Virus record (IMG/VR): IMGVR_UViG_3300026382_000001
Length of the DNA stretch: 64,000 nt
Strand: one strand, 5' to 3'
From: a virus
Taxonomy: Duplodnaviria > Heunggongvirae > Uroviricota > Caudoviricetes
The notes below the pieces were generated by a model that was not told the DNA's origin, did not search any database, and worked only from the letters and a program-made list of their open reading frames with translations. Numbering within the stretch: position 1 is the stretch's first letter; every line of letters begins with the position of its first letter. The translations under genes and the position numbers were made by a program. Positions 49,265 to 58,711 of the stretch are shown piece after piece.

Positions 49265-49440
49265 GGGTTACCGGTCAGGCATAGAGCAGTATGGCAGGTG
49301 GTATTAGGATTAATACATTATCAATAGTATATTGGTACAAGGGATTGTACTAGCGTAAAAGCAAGATATACAATAGATTGATAATGGGATTAATACTTAG
49401 TACTACTTGGCTTACTACCTCGAAGCAAGGCGCGGGACCA
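49265..49440 (+). ncRNA. Candidate ~175-nt rod-shaped ncRNA
   Basis: Nested stems CAGGTGGTATTAGG/CTTAGTACTACTTG (many G-U pairs), ATTAAT/ATTAAT, CATTATCAAT/ATTGATAATG, GTATAT/ATATAC, GGTACAA/TTGTACT; no ORF; GC-richer than its flanks. Confidence 0.6.
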
Positions 49441-49474
49441 TTTTATGCTTACTTAAATTAAAAAAGGAAAATAA

Positions 49475-49846
49475 ATGAATTTAGAAAAACCATACTTAAA
49501 TGAAGAAATTTGTTTTTTAGAATGGTTAATTATTTTTTCTGAAAAAACAGAAGGATACGAATTAGCTTATAAAAATTTTTTACATAATATTTCTTTATTA
49601 TCCTCATATAAAAAAAAGAGATTATATAATAAAAATTTACACCCAACCCAATATATAAATTTACATGCTCATTGGAGTAAAACTCAGGAAGGATATAATT
49701 ATTGGAAAATAGTAAATGATGAATGGAAAACTGTTTTATACGATATTGAAAATTATGAAGATCACCCGGAATATAACGTAAAAAAAATATTCTTTAATCA
49801 TTTACCAAATACTAAAAAATTAAAAGTTAAATTCGAAGGAGATTAG
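49475..49846 (+). CDS. Trp-motif family protein (WxxTxEGxxYW) with C-terminal KLKVKFEGD
   Basis: HWSKTQEGYNYW. Confidence 0.75.
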   Translation: MNLEKPYLNEEICFLEWLIIFSEKTEGYELAYKNFLHNISLLSSYKKKRLYNKNLHPTQYINLHAHWSKTQEGYNYWKIVNDEWKTVLYDIENYEDHPEYNVKKIFFNHLPNTKKLKVKFEGD

Positions 49847-50185
49847 GTGAGAGTAAATATAATAGAATGGTTAACTGATAAGTATAATTTTAATATTAAT
49901 TTATTAAAAAAAGAAATAAAATTTTCACATATGCATAAAAATCTTGGCAATTATTCCAATAAAAAAAATTGTTCTGAGATTAATGGTCTAACGAGAAATA
50001 AGAACATAATTGACAGATTGTTTATATGGAATCATTCTGATAAAACGTTTTCTAGTAAATTTTTTATTATTGATCAAGATTGGAGATGTTTTTCTGAAAT
50101 TAATAAATTGTTAGATGAGGATGTATATTACGATTTTAATTTTTTTAAAAAAGAAAAATTAAAAATCAAATTCGAAGGGAATTAA
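49847..50185 (+). CDS. Trp-motif family protein with C-terminal KLKIKFEGN
   Basis: IIEWL...FIWNHS...DQDW. Confidence 0.7.
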   Translation: MRVNIIEWLTDKYNFNINLLKKEIKFSHMHKNLGNYSNKKNCSEINGLTRNKNIIDRLFIWNHSDKTFSSKFFIIDQDWRCFSEINKLLDEDVYYDFNFFKKEKLKIKFEGN

Positions 50186-50186
50186 A

Positions 50187-50398
50187 TAACTATTCATAGT
50201 GTCAACTAACCTACTATAGCCAGTTATTTCAAAAAGACAAAAAATTTTAAAACCTAAAATTTAAGAAATAGTTAAATTTTCAATCCTTTATAACACCGGA
50301 AAATAGGGGACTTGGTTTTTGATTTTAAGTTTATTTTAAAATCTGTTAGCTAGAGATTTTAAAAACAAACAACTATTAATAGTTAACTATTGATAGTT
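50187..50398 (-). repeat. Intergenic repeat, copy C (inverted, one end truncated)
   Basis: Reverse complement of copy B. Confidence 0.93.
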
Positions 50399-50442
50399 GT
50401 TTGAAATAAAAAGATATTAAATTTGATAAATAAAGGAAAATT

Positions 50443-50787
50443 ATGAAAAGAAAAATAATAACATTATACGAATGGTTAATACAAAATTATTCGTATGATA
50501 TAGCCAAAAGATTTACTTCGAATTTAAAGTATCGTAACTTTTGTTCCAAACTAGACATACCAGGTGGTGATAGTGTGGAATATATTAATTATTCTTTTGA
50601 GTGGGAAAGTACTCCAGAAGGCTATAATTTTTGGTCGTATGTTAATGAATCGTGGCTGAATTATATTAGTAGTTTAGAACGCTTAAAATTAGTTTTAGGA
50701 GTTAATTATGAAATTAGTTATGGTAAATTACCATTAAATAAAGAAACTAGTGGTTTAAATAATATAACCACTATTGTATTTAATTAA
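50443..50787 (+). CDS. Trp-motif family protein
   Basis: FEWESTPEGYNFW. Confidence 0.75.
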   Translation: MKRKIITLYEWLIQNYSYDIAKRFTSNLKYRNFCSKLDIPGGDSVEYINYSFEWESTPEGYNFWSYVNESWLNYISSLERLKLVLGVNYEISYGKLPLNKETSGLNNITTIVFN

Positions 50788-50804
50788 ATAAAAAAGGAAA
50801 TAAA

Positions 50805-51533
50805 ATGTCTGAAAAAAAATATATATTTGTACTCCCAAGAGAAGTAGAAGATGGTTTAATGAAATTTGAGGAAGTAACTTTTAAAGGTATTGTTTATCAA
50901 CAAAAATATTTAGAAATTACTAATTCTAGAATTGATCATGATTCGATGATGGAACTCCTTCGAAAAGGATATCCAGAGGACTGTTTTGAAGAATTTTTAG
51001 ACCCAAAGGAAAAATTCAAAAAAAAAATTACTAAGTATGTTAATAATATTTTTGAAGCTCAAGAAACATACAAAAATATTATTATAAAAGTGTTTGGTAA
51101 TAATAAAGAATTTTATTTACTTTATGATAAAAAAGATAAAGTTTTTTACAAGTATACTAATCTTAATCCAGTCCGAACCGGATTAGGTACTGGAAATGAA
51201 GAGGGATATCTATACAATTTTTTAAATAATCAGTATAATATTTTTGGTGAACATTTAGATATTAATGTATTTATACAACCAAAAGAAAATATGAAATTAA
51301 TATTTACGAAAAAATATAAGTATTATATTACTTCTAAAAAATGCGTTTGTAAAACAACTGGTTCTGGGGCTGGACAAATTACCGGTTGGATTGATAAATT
51401 ATCCGATGATAATAAATCAATTAATAAAAAATATAAAAAAATTGATTCGGTTAGATGTATAATTCCGGAAGTTATTAAAGAATTAACTACTGAGAAACAT
51501 CCAATTAATCATTTAATTAAATCGGAGTATTAA
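50805..51533 (+). CDS. Hypothetical protein
   Basis: 242-aa ORF with RBS. Confidence 0.7.
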   Translation: MSEKKYIFVLPREVEDGLMKFEEVTFKGIVYQQKYLEITNSRIDHDSMMELLRKGYPEDCFEEFLDPKEKFKKKITKYVNNIFEAQETYKNIIIKVFGNNKEFYLLYDKKDKVFYKYTNLNPVRTGLGTGNEEGYLYNFLNNQYNIFGEHLDINVFIQPKENMKLIFTKKYKYYITSKKCVCKTTGSGAGQITGWIDKLSDDNKSINKKYKKIDSVRCIIPEVIKELTTEKHPINHLIKSEY

Positions 51534-51534
51534 G

Positions 51535-52356
51535 ATGCTAGAAAGAAAAGATTTAGAAATATTAAAAGAGATTAATGGAAATACTCGTATAATATCGGAT
51601 ACTCATTTTTTTCATGATAGAGTTTTTCTTTTTGAAAGATCTAGATTAGATTTAGTTCTCGAACATCCAGAACTTCCAGAAAAGTTTATTAAAGTAATAA
51701 AAGATTTCTTGTATCAGGATACAGGAAGAACTCATAAAAAGTTAGAAAATATTTCTAAAGAATTAATTGAATATCATAATGATATGATAATTAGAAAATG
51801 GAATGATGTAATTAAAGACGAGGATCTTATTATATGTATGGGTGATTTTGCCTGGAAAGGTATCCAGGAAATTATACCAAAACTTAATGGTAAAAAAATA
51901 TTAATTCTGGGTAATCATGATAGAAGTGGTTCAAATTCTTATCCAAATTTTACTGTAATTCGGGGACTGGTTAAAGTTCTATTTTTAGAAAATGGTAAAA
52001 TGATTATAAGAGAAGTTCCTGGAAAAGATAAAGACGATTTATTCAGCACTTTAATTATTAATAATTCTATATTTAGTCATTATCCAATTTCGGAGTACGA
52101 AAAAGAAGTTTCTAGACGAGGAAAAAATGAAAATATAAATCTAAGAATCGATAAGTTAATTCATATTGTAAATAATGATAATACTATTAAATTTAATTTT
52201 CATGGTCATACACATTCTAGAAATATAAATCCGTTTGGAGAAAAATTTAATTTGAAATATTTTAATTGTTCATGTGAAAGAGTAAATTTTACTCCTAAAA
52301 AATTATCGGATTTTTTTATAGATAAAGACGATTTAGAAATATTCGAAGGAAATTAA
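51535..52356 (+). CDS. Calcineurin-like metallophosphoesterase
   Basis: SDTHF, MGDF, GNHD, SHYP, HGHTH. Confidence 0.9.
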   Translation: MLERKDLEILKEINGNTRIISDTHFFHDRVFLFERSRLDLVLEHPELPEKFIKVIKDFLYQDTGRTHKKLENISKELIEYHNDMIIRKWNDVIKDEDLIICMGDFAWKGIQEIIPKLNGKKILILGNHDRSGSNSYPNFTVIRGLVKVLFLENGKMIIREVPGKDKDDLFSTLIINNSIFSHYPISEYEKEVSRRGKNENINLRIDKLIHIVNNDNTIKFNFHGHTHSRNINPFGEKFNLKYFNCSCERVNFTPKKLSDFFIDKDDLEIFEGN

Positions 52357-52357
52357 T

Positions 52358-52738
52358 ATGGGAATTGTGAAAATATTTGTATATGGTTCTTTAAAAAATA
52401 ATTTTGAAAATAATGATATTTTAAAGAAAATTGGTACATATAAGACAAAGGCTAAAACAGTTAAAAAATTTCCAATGGTTATTAATGATAAAAATGGTTT
52501 TGTAAAATTTCCATATTTACTAGATCAGGAAAACACTGGTTTATTTATTAATGGAGAAGTTTGGGAAATTCATCATACTAAATTAAAAGTATTGGATGAT
52601 TTTGAATCTGAATTATTTAAACGTGGTATAATAAGCGTTATAGATGAAAATGATAAAATATATACAACACAAGTATATTTTAAGAACAAAATTATCGATT
52701 TTAAATATGAGGATTTAATTTATGAATGGACAGAATAA
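52358..52738 (+). CDS. Gamma-glutamylcyclotransferase (AIG2-like)
   Basis: IFVYGSLK, GEVW, LDDFE. Confidence 0.85.
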   Translation: MGIVKIFVYGSLKNNFENNDILKKIGTYKTKAKTVKKFPMVINDKNGFVKFPYLLDQENTGLFINGEVWEIHHTKLKVLDDFESELFKRGIISVIDENDKIYTTQVYFKNKIIDFKYEDLIYEWTE

Positions 52739-52753
52739 AAAAAAGGAAGAAAA

Positions 52754-53155
52754 ATGTTAAAAGCACATGAGTTAATGTCTGGTAATGTTGATCATAATAT
52801 GAGCGTAATCAAACTTATAAAATCTCGTAATTTTGATCAGGAAAGTAAACAGCTAATTATTAAAAGTTCCGGTACTACTATGAAAAAGAAGTACGGTGGG
52901 CCACAATTATATACTGTTAAAGTAGAGGGTCGAAATGGCGTACCAATAATTACACCAGATACCGAAGTACGGGTGTATTGCAATTGCCATGATTTTATTT
53001 TTAGAAGAGCGTATTGTTTAAATCAAGAAGGTTCTTTATTTATACCAGAAGGATTTGTAGACGCTCCACCAGAAACTACTAATCCAGATTGCCATAAAAA
53101 ATATTGTAAACATATATCAGCAGCTTTAAAGTATCTTATCCAAACAGGTAGATAG
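52754..53155 (+). CDS. SWIM zinc-finger protein
   Basis: VYCNCHDF...CKHI. Confidence 0.75.
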   Translation: MLKAHELMSGNVDHNMSVIKLIKSRNFDQESKQLIIKSSGTTMKKKYGGPQLYTVKVEGRNGVPIITPDTEVRVYCNCHDFIFRRAYCLNQEGSLFIPEGFVDAPPETTNPDCHKKYCKHISAALKYLIQTGR

Positions 53156-53908
53156 ATGATCAACGTGGATGGAGATTTACGAGGCCTAGTTGGAGAAAGA
53201 GAACACACGAACAATTTAAATGAATGGAAATTAAACTATAAATATAACCAAGTTAAAAAATGGTTTGCTTTAAGTTTCCCGACCTTTATAAAAATTTTTT
53301 CATTATTTAAATTATCATTTGTATATATAGCAGATTTTTTAAAATTATATCCACTATATATTTATTATAAATATTTTAAATATGGAATATTTCCAATATT
53401 TTATAAACCTTCGGGTGCCTTTAAGTATATTCATTTTTTCAAAGTTTTTCGAAATATATTTAAACTTAATCCGGTGCCAAGAGACGACTGGTTATTTTAT
53501 ACTCATTCTAATATTTATTTTTTTAAGATAGAATGGAATAATTTATCTAGATTAAACCAAATATCAATATTGTTGAATTATAATATAAGAAAAAAATTTA
53601 AAAATGAATTAATAGAAGACTATAAATATTTTCTTCATCGAGAAGATGGTCCAGCTAAAATTTCAAAAAAATTTTGTAAAATCTGGGCAATATTTGGAGA
53701 ATATCACCGAGAAGATGGTCCAGCCGTCGAATGTAAATATCTAGGTTACCGCCAGTATTTTGTGCATGATAAATTGCACCGAGAAGATGGACCAGCATTG
53801 GAATATACAAACAATGTAAAAAAAAATCAATATTGGATAAATGGAAAAAAATTAAACAAAAGAGAATTTATATCAAAAACATTTAAATTAAATATTAAAT
53901 TCGATTAA
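53156..53908 (+). CDS. HREDGPA-repeat protein with C-terminal KLNIKFD
   Basis: Three (L/Y)HREDGPA repeats. Confidence 0.75.
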   Translation: MINVDGDLRGLVGEREHTNNLNEWKLNYKYNQVKKWFALSFPTFIKIFSLFKLSFVYIADFLKLYPLYIYYKYFKYGIFPIFYKPSGAFKYIHFFKVFRNIFKLNPVPRDDWLFYTHSNIYFFKIEWNNLSRLNQISILLNYNIRKKFKNELIEDYKYFLHREDGPAKISKKFCKIWAIFGEYHREDGPAVECKYLGYRQYFVHDKLHREDGPALEYTNNVKKNQYWINGKKLNKREFISKTFKLNIKFD

Positions 53909-54100
53909 ATTAAAAGGAATAAAATAAATAAGAAAGAATTAATATAGTAATATTAATATTTGAAGAATATTATATAAATTTAATATTAAAAAGTATTTAT
54001 TTTAATTTTAGATTAGTCGATAAACCATAAAATAAAAACTAAATGTAGAGAAACAGTATTATAGATATAATAAATACAGTCTAAAATTCAAAGGAATTAA

Positions 54101-55642
54101 ATGATTACATTAAATTTTAAAGAGTACGAGAGAGTGGATGAGTTACCCGAAGTAACCAATCCGGCAATATACACAAGTAATAAACACAATATCTTTAGCA
54201 AAGATTCATTATATTCCGAACAGATATTTGGACCATTGAAAAATTATAAATGCCAATGCGAAAAATTATTTGGAAGAATTAATGCTGGGGAAGTTTGTGA
54301 TCTTTGTGGAGTTGAATGTGGATTAAGCGATAAACGTAATTCCCAATTTGCTAAAATATTATTACCCGAAGGTATATATATTATAAACCCAGATTTTAAA
54401 AATGCTTTGCAAGAGGTATTTGGTTTTAACGCTATAAAAAATTTATTAAATAAATTTCAATATAACGCTAATAAAGAAAATCCATATATTTATAGTCTCA
54501 GTAAAGAAAAATTATTGAGAACCTCAAAAATATCAGAAAAGGAAATTGGTAATTGTTTAGTTGATTTTCCAGTATTTGATATTAATTCATTAAGATTATT
54601 ATTTAATTTTCTTAAAGATGAATTAAAATCTGAGTATTACTCGATAAATGAAGAAACCGGAGAAGTAATTGAACATCCAGTTACCGAAGAAGAAAAATTA
54701 GAGGAACGTTATAAATTTAGACATTTAATAACTGATAAAATTAATTATAAATATATCAAACATATTTTTATTAATTATATTTTAGTAACTCCTCCTGGTT
54801 CAAGACAGGTTATTAAAATTTCAAACGTAAAAATTATACCACATCCTATTTCAAAAGCTTATATAGAAATACTTAAAAATATTTCTAGAGGTACTAGTAT
54901 TATGGATAATCTTTATAACGCTAATTCAGATTTCTTTGGAAATACGGTATATAAATACCAGCAATCAGTTGACGCTATTTATGATGAAATTCTTCAATTT
55001 AACTTTCAAAAAACTAAGAATTATGTTAGGGAATCATTGACTGGTAAAACAATTGAATTCTCTCAGAGAGCTGTAATTGTTCCTAATCCAGTTCTTAAAC
55101 CTTATCAAATTGGTCTTCCGGAAGAAAGCGTTAAGAAATTATTCTTACCTGAGTTACTTAGATATTTATTTCTTAAGTATGAAGAAAACGAAATTGAAAT
55201 TATAGAAAAAGAGGGGGAAGTTAAATTATTTAGTATAGTTGAATACATTCAATATGTATATGATAGTTTTGATAAAAACTTTGAAATAGCTATACCAGAA
55301 GATGATTTAAGTGATTTTCTTAAAAATTATATTTCTGATTTTAAAATGATTGTTGAAAGACAACCAAACTTATATAAGTGGAGTATGTCTGGATATATGT
55401 TAGCAAGAGCCTATGGGGATTCTAAAAACGAAATTATAGAAATACCGGAATTAGATGGATTATCGGATGATGAAAGATTATTGTATTTTGAAGCACTGCA
55501 AGAAGCTCCAGAATATGTTCGAAAAGGTATTTTAGAGAATAGACCAATGATGAAAATATTTCAAAATAATATGAAATTAGCAGTTACAAAAATTTATAGG
55601 GATAAGATAAAGGATATTTATGGAGAAACAACTAATTCTTAA
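54101..55642 (+). CDS. rpoC: RNA polymerase beta' N-terminal subunit (putative non-virion RNAP)
   Basis: LYSEQIFGP, CQC...CDLC zinc finger, VTPPGSR, SLTGKTIEFSQRAVIVP, ERQPNL. Confidence 0.9.
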   Translation: MITLNFKEYERVDELPEVTNPAIYTSNKHNIFSKDSLYSEQIFGPLKNYKCQCEKLFGRINAGEVCDLCGVECGLSDKRNSQFAKILLPEGIYIINPDFKNALQEVFGFNAIKNLLNKFQYNANKENPYIYSLSKEKLLRTSKISEKEIGNCLVDFPVFDINSLRLLFNFLKDELKSEYYSINEETGEVIEHPVTEEEKLEERYKFRHLITDKINYKYIKHIFINYILVTPPGSRQVIKISNVKIIPHPISKAYIEILKNISRGTSIMDNLYNANSDFFGNTVYKYQQSVDAIYDEILQFNFQKTKNYVRESLTGKTIEFSQRAVIVPNPVLKPYQIGLPEESVKKLFLPELLRYLFLKYEENEIEIIEKEGEVKLFSIVEYIQYVYDSFDKNFEIAIPEDDLSDFLKNYISDFKMIVERQPNLYKWSMSGYMLARAYGDSKNEIIEIPELDGLSDDERLLYFEALQEAPEYVRKGILENRPMMKIFQNNMKLAVTKIYRDKIKDIYGETTNS

Positions 55643-55702
55643 AAAAATATCAAAATACCGATATCGTGGTAAAAATGGTAAGAAAAAAATTTATGAATAT
55701 GA

Positions 55703-55915
55703 ATGGGAGGAAAAAGAATGAAATTAATAGTTCTTGAAAAAATAAGTCCAACTGAAGTAAATCCATGTTTGGAAGAGATTGATTTTCCAAATATGGAATC
55801 ATTTGAATCAAATATAGATGATTCTTGTCCGGATACTTATCTAAATATAAAAGAAGCTAAAGAACTTCGAGATGCATTGGATAAATTAATATCCGATATT
55901 GAATTGGTAGAATAA
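55703..55915 (+). CDS. Hypothetical protein
   Basis: Small ORF in operon. Confidence 0.55.
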   Translation: MGGKRMKLIVLEKISPTEVNPCLEEIDFPNMESFESNIDDSCPDTYLNIKEAKELRDALDKLISDIELVE

Positions 55916-56136
55916 TGAATATCGAGACCAAAAAATATTTTATAGAGACTTTTTCAAATGGAGATGGTATAACCATAACGGTTGATAAAAAATGGGCACT
56001 TGATAAAAAACATGATTTTTATTGGAATCCAATTACTAATATTCTTTTAATAGAATATATTTTTGGTAATAAAAGTAAAACAATAAAAACAACCTGTGAA
56101 AATTTTGGTTGTATAAATATAAAAGGAATAACATGA
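55915..56136 (+). CDS. Hypothetical protein
   Basis: Translationally coupled (TAATG). Confidence 0.6.
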   Translation: MNIETKKYFIETFSNGDGITITVDKKWALDKKHDFYWNPITNILLIEYIFGNKSKTIKTTCENFGCINIKGIT

Positions 56137-56381
56137 CAGATGCTATTTATGTAATAGATGGAAAAGAATATCCATTTAGTATTAGAGAAAATCTCGAATT
56201 AAAATCAGGTCATTTATATTTAAATGATAAAAAAGTATTTGATACATTTAGACGAGGTAGTAATATTATAAACAATATTGTTACTTTTAATGATGTTGAT
56301 ATAACAAGTTACGGAAGAGAATTATTTAATATCCCAGAGGATTATAATAATCACTTCGTTAGAGTGAGTATAAGAGCTTAA
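56133..56381 (+). CDS. Hypothetical protein (start revised)
   Basis: ATGA overlap and AAGGA RBS. Confidence 0.6.
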   Translation: MTDAIYVIDGKEYPFSIRENLELKSGHLYLNDKKVFDTFRRGSNIINNIVTFNDVDITSYGRELFNIPEDYNNHFVRVSIRA

Positions 56382-56382
56382 T

Positions 56383-56877
56383 ATGAAACAGGACAATACT
56401 TTAAATAAATGGACACGCGAATTTATTTCGTGGAGTTTTATAATACTGGTCATTTATTTTTGGACGGTATCGTTGGCTATTTTATTTGGTTTAGTGATTA
56501 TTTTTGGTATTCTTTTTTATGGAATATATAAATTATTCAATCATATTTTAAACTTCCAAAATTTTGAATTAGCCAGAAAAAATAAACCAAAATGGTTTAT
56601 TTTTGGAAATAAACTCTATAATAAAATAGTGGATTATATAGAGCAAAAAGTTAAAGAAAAATCAAAAATTTCAAAAAATGAAATTATTTCGGCTATGGAG
56701 TTTTATGATTTTTATGAAATAGAAGAAGTTACTAAATATGAAATAAAATATAGATGGAAAGAAGTACAAAAAATATGCCATCCCGATTCTGGAATTAGAC
56801 CAAACGTTGAGAAAAGTCAATTGGCTAATAAGTATAAAGATATATTATTAGAGGCGGTAAAACAACGAAATGATTAA
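56383..56877 (+). CDS. Membrane-anchored J-domain-like protein
   Basis: N-terminal TM; C-terminal EIKYRW...KICHPD. Confidence 0.65.
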   Translation: MKQDNTLNKWTREFISWSFIILVIYFWTVSLAILFGLVIIFGILFYGIYKLFNHILNFQNFELARKNKPKWFIFGNKLYNKIVDYIEQKVKEKSKISKNEIISAMEFYDFYEIEEVTKYEIKYRWKEVQKICHPDSGIRPNVEKSQLANKYKDILLEAVKQRND

Positions 56878-57241
56878 CAATATAAACCATAATAAAAAAA
56901 GATTGTTGAATTTAATACCTGATGATAAATTAGAAAATTTTATTAAATTTACAGATCGTAATGGGGACTTTGTTCCACGATATTTAAAATTAATTAAAAA
57001 TGATTGTGATTTAGTTCAGGAAATTAAATTATATTGGGATGAAAATATTAGTTGGTTAGATGATGAAATATTTAATAATATATATAATGATCTTTTTCAA
57101 TTGAAATGTATATGTTATTTTTTTGAGTACTCGTTAGACGATTTACAATGTAATAATAAAATATGTGAAAATTTAGTTTGGCTTAAACATAATATTCCTG
57201 AGAGTTATTGTTCTAGTAATTGTAGAAAAGTGATGAGATAA
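56870..57241 (+). CDS. Cys-cluster protein paralogous to the N-terminus of the next gene
   Basis: DDLQC...C...YCSSNC versus DDLQC...C...FCSLNC. Confidence 0.65.
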   Translation: MINNINHNKKRLLNLIPDDKLENFIKFTDRNGDFVPRYLKLIKNDCDLVQEIKLYWDENISWLDDEIFNNIYNDLFQLKCICYFFEYSLDDLQCNNKICENLVWLKHNIPESYCSSNCRKVMR

Positions 57242-57253
57242 AAAGGAGAGTAA

Positions 57254-58711
57254 GTGAACTACACCTTTGAAAAATATTTTGATAAACGTGGAATATTAAA
57301 TTCCAGTTTATTAAAAAATATAACAATTGAGGAAAAAGAAACGGTTGAAAATTATTTTACCGAATTAAAATTAAATGAAATTCAAGATATAAAAACTGAT
57401 ATCCGTTCAAAAGTTTCATTTTATTTAAATCAATATTCTAAAGATGATTTACAATGTAAAGGAGACAATTGTAATAAAATGGTAAATTTAGCTAATTCTC
57501 GTCCTGGAAGTTTCTGTAGTTTAAATTGCAAAAAGGGAAGTTCTTATTTAGCTAATATTGGTAAAGAAAAATTCTCAGATGCAAGTAGATATAAACAAAC
57601 CGAGACTAAGTTAAAAAAACTCTATGGAGAAAATGCCAAGTATCTATTAAATAAGGAATTATTTATAAAAGAATTTTTAATAGAAAAGGATGGGACTAAT
57701 GAGTGCGATTATACAAAAATAGAAAATATTCTTGGTATAAAAAAAGGAACTGCTCAAAAATATATAAGAAGGTTTGGGTTGGATGTAAAGACAACCCTTG
57801 GTAATCCTGGAACAACCGAACAAGTAATACAGGATATTTTAAATAATAGTATAAAAGCAACTATTTTAAAAAATAGTCGCAAAATACTTTCTAATGGAAC
57901 TGAATTAGATTTTTACTTACCAGATTATAATTTTGCTATAGAAACTAATGGAGTATATTGGCATAGTTATGGAGGAGAAGATAATAAACAACATCAGTTA
58001 TCAAGACATTCTATTAAGGTAGAGGAATCTTATAAAAAAAATATTCATTTATTTCAAATAAATGAAAATGAATTATCAGATGAAAATTTAAAAAGTATAT
58101 GGGAATCTAAAATATTATTAAAATTAGGTTTATTTTCAAGAAAAATATTTGCTCGAAAATGTAAAATAAAAGAAATTTCCTCTAAAATAGCCAAACAATT
58201 TTTAGAGGAAAATCATTTACAAGGGTATGCATATTCTAATATTAAATTAGGATTATATTTTGAAAACGAATTAGTTTCCATTATGACGTTTGGAAAACCT
58301 CGATTTAATAAGAAAATTGATTGGGAATTAATTCGGTCAGCTTCTTTAAAAAATACCTTAATTGTTGGTGGAGCTAGTAAACTATTTAAATATTTTATTA
58401 GACACTATAATCCTAGAAATATATTAACATATGGTAATTGTAGATGGGTAAATAAAAATAATATTTATGATATCCTTAATTTTTCTTTTATTGAAAAAAC
58501 TAAACCAAGTTATTATTATTTTAAACCATCCGATTGGAAATTACATATGATACATAGGAGTCAGTTTCAAAAACATAAACTAAAAAACTTGGAAGAATTT
58601 AAAGAAAATTATTCGGATGATTTGACGGAAGAAGAAATTGTTTTAAATAGCGGCTATAGAAAAATCTGGGATGCAGGACATCTTAAATATATTTGGACAA
58701 AGGAAAATTAA
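57254..58711 (+). CDS. Hef-like homing-type endonuclease between the two non-virion beta' genes
   Basis: ELDFYLPDYNFAIETNGVYWHS; ENHLQG; IVGGASKLF; IWDAG. Confidence 0.85.
   Translation: MNYTFEKYFDKRGILNSSLLKNITIEEKETVENYFTELKLNEIQDIKTDIRSKVSFYLNQYSKDDLQCKGDNCNKMVNLANSRPGSFCSLNCKKGSSYLANIGKEKFSDASRYKQTETKLKKLYGENAKYLLNKELFIKEFLIEKDGTNECDYTKIENILGIKKGTAQKYIRRFGLDVKTTLGNPGTTEQVIQDILNNSIKATILKNSRKILSNGTELDFYLPDYNFAIETNGVYWHSYGGEDNKQHQLSRHSIKVEESYKKNIHLFQINENELSDENLKSIWESKILLKLGLFSRKIFARKCKIKEISSKIAKQFLEENHLQGYAYSNIKLGLYFENELVSIMTFGKPRFNKKIDWELIRSASLKNTLIVGGASKLFKYFIRHYNPRNILTYGNCRWVNKNNIYDILNFSFIEKTKPSYYYFKPSDWKLHMIHRSQFQKHKLKNLEEFKENYSDDLTEEEIVLNSGYRKIWDAGHLKYIWTKEN

Noticed and set aside
49265-49440. 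tRNA, tmRNA or a true SRP RNA call (the region ends in ACCA)
   Set aside because: No T-loop or cloverleaf, and the SRP-like segment lacks the apical tetraloop hairpin. Kept only as an unassigned ncRNA candidate.
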